64,000 nucleotides of DNA. Source: a virus. Below the pieces are notes generated by a model. That model had not been told where the DNA came from and did no database searches. It worked only from the letters and a program-made list of their open reading frames with translations. Of the stretch, positions 63,146-64,000 are shown one piece after another (within the stretch, counting starts at the first letter, position 1; the number at the start of each line of letters is the position of its first letter). The translations under genes were made by a program, and so were the position numbers. The DNA is taken from positions 20,336-84,335 of IMG/VR virus record IMGVR_UViG_3300024259_001888. One strand, given 5' to 3'.

Positions 63146-63580
63146 CTACCACTTTTTCCTAATTTGAAATTTTGGCGAATCCGCCGTAACAGTCACGGTC
63201 CGTAAAAGGTTGACTTGATACGTTGCTGAGATATGCAATGTGTACTCGCCGGCAGATGCAAAATCGGGGACCTTGGCATATACCAGTTTTTTATGACGCC
63301 CTGTCGGGAAACTGCTATGCTGTTTTGATGCCAGAAGAATGATATACCCATCAATAAGTTGTCGGCTCACTTGAGTGACTGGATATTCCGTGTGTTTTGT
63401 GTAATCAATCTCATAGATAAGATCCCCGCCGGCACATACTGAGTCGCCTTGATTCACGATTTTTATTCCATGAATCTGAATAGGGGTGTATGGGAAAAAT
63501 AAAAGAATTGTGATATAAAGATAAAGCGACAGCCCCATTGTAAACGCGATTACACTTTTCCAGTTCGATAACTTTATCAT
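63146..63580 (-). CDS. Membrane-anchored hypothetical protein
   Basis: N-terminal TM helix followed by an Ig-like beta region. Confidence 0.6.
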   Translation of the reverse strand: MIKLSNWKSVIAFTMGLSLYLYITILLFFPYTPIQIHGIKIVNQGDSVCAGGDLIYEIDYTKHTEYPVTQVSRQLIDGYIILLASKQHSSFPTGRHKKLVYAKVPDFASAGEYTLHISATYQVNLLRTVTVTADSPKFQIRKKW

Positions 63581-63810
63581 GAGATTATTACACCTCCGGT
63601 CATGTCCCTATCTGCTGAACTCAGCGGATGTTTGTGTTTGAAAATAGTGCTTACATCAGCTTTGAGATCAGGATAACGCTCATTACAAACCGCTTTATCT
63701 TGCTTGCAATTGAGCTTTTTGCCGATTCCGTTGACCCATGTTCGGACCATAAAACCAAGGATCACAATCAGCAATGAGTTCAATCCCCATAACATTTGAG
63801 GTGATTCCAT
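63577..63810 (-). CDS. Small membrane protein (holin/antiholin-like)
   Basis: Single N-terminal TM helix; lysis cassette context. Confidence 0.55.
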   Translation of the reverse strand: MESPQMLWGLNSLLIVILGFMVRTWVNGIGKKLNCKQDKAVCNERYPDLKADVSTIFKHKHPLSSADRDMTGGVIIS

Positions 63811-63956
63811 TATTTTGCTCCGCTGGATTTAACTCGTTTGATTAAGATTTCATCATCCACCCCAGGTACATAATCCTCAAAAATGACTTTTATCAATAAG
63901 TCCACCAAAGGAGTTCCAGACGCCTCTTTTATTGCTTTTTCTCGGCTATCATTCAT
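63810..63956 (-). CDS. 48-aa hypothetical protein
   Basis: GAGGA RBS; MNDSREKAIKEASG...SGAK*; TAATG overlap with the next gene. Confidence 0.5.
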   Translation of the reverse strand: MNDSREKAIKEASGTPLVDLLIKVIFEDYVPGVDDEILIKRVKSSGAK

Positions 63957-64000
63957 TTTGTTCCTCTTTATCTATTTGCTCAAGAGCGCCCCCATCGTCT

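Noticed and set aside
1-64000. Genome-wide stop-codon reassignment (e.g. TAG=Gln)
   Set aside because: Long genes (2513, 1520 and 938 aa) are intact in the standard code, and TAG ends several genes, often overlapping the next RBS (TAGGAG). Only one clear internal TAG was found.
1-64000. tRNA/rRNA genes, integrase or att sites
   Set aside because: No cloverleaf or T-loop signatures in the few intergenic gaps and no recombinase ORF. Lytic vs temperate lifestyle cannot be decided from this window.

Overview
This 64-kb window is part of a large tailed-phage (or prophage) genome. Essentially every credible gene is on the minus strand. In transcription order (right to left) it contains: (1) a lysis cassette with a T4-type lysozyme and holin-like proteins (~61.9-63.9 kb); (2) glycan cluster A (~50.3-61.9 kb), with a tri-domain GT9/methyltransferase/GT4 protein, a CmcI-like O-methyltransferase, an intein-containing DegT-family sugar aminotransferase, several SAM methyltransferases and two paralogous GT-A-like proteins; (3) a head module (Mu-like protease with nested scaffold, cement protein, major capsid protein); (4) a neck and non-contractile tail module (tail tube, chaperones, 2513-aa tape measure protein, tail-tip proteins, a 1520-aa poly-serine lectin-domain protein); (5) glycan cluster B (~3.1-15.5 kb; GT9, several GT2, GT4, TagF-like, methyltransferases), interrupted by an AT-rich origin-like gap; (6) replication genes (SF2 helicase, DnaC-like loader, probable DnaB N-terminus). 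Six free-standing homing endonuclease genes plus one remnant are scattered through it. Most notable, found by reading outside the ORF track: (a) four copies of a covarying three-way-junction RNA element in front of homing endonuclease genes, with a palindromic loop and a second loop complementary to two tandem ribosome-binding-region sites; (b) a candidate virion O-glycosylation system (about 10 GT genes plus poly-Ser tail proteins); (c) a 26-aa basic peptide that copies the major capsid protein N-terminus at protein but not DNA level; (d) an ATT-initiated prohead protease with a nested scaffold gene; (e) a gene with an in-frame TAG; (f) a candidate antisense sRNA in the tail operon. All family assignments are from motif recognition by eye. 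No database searches were run.
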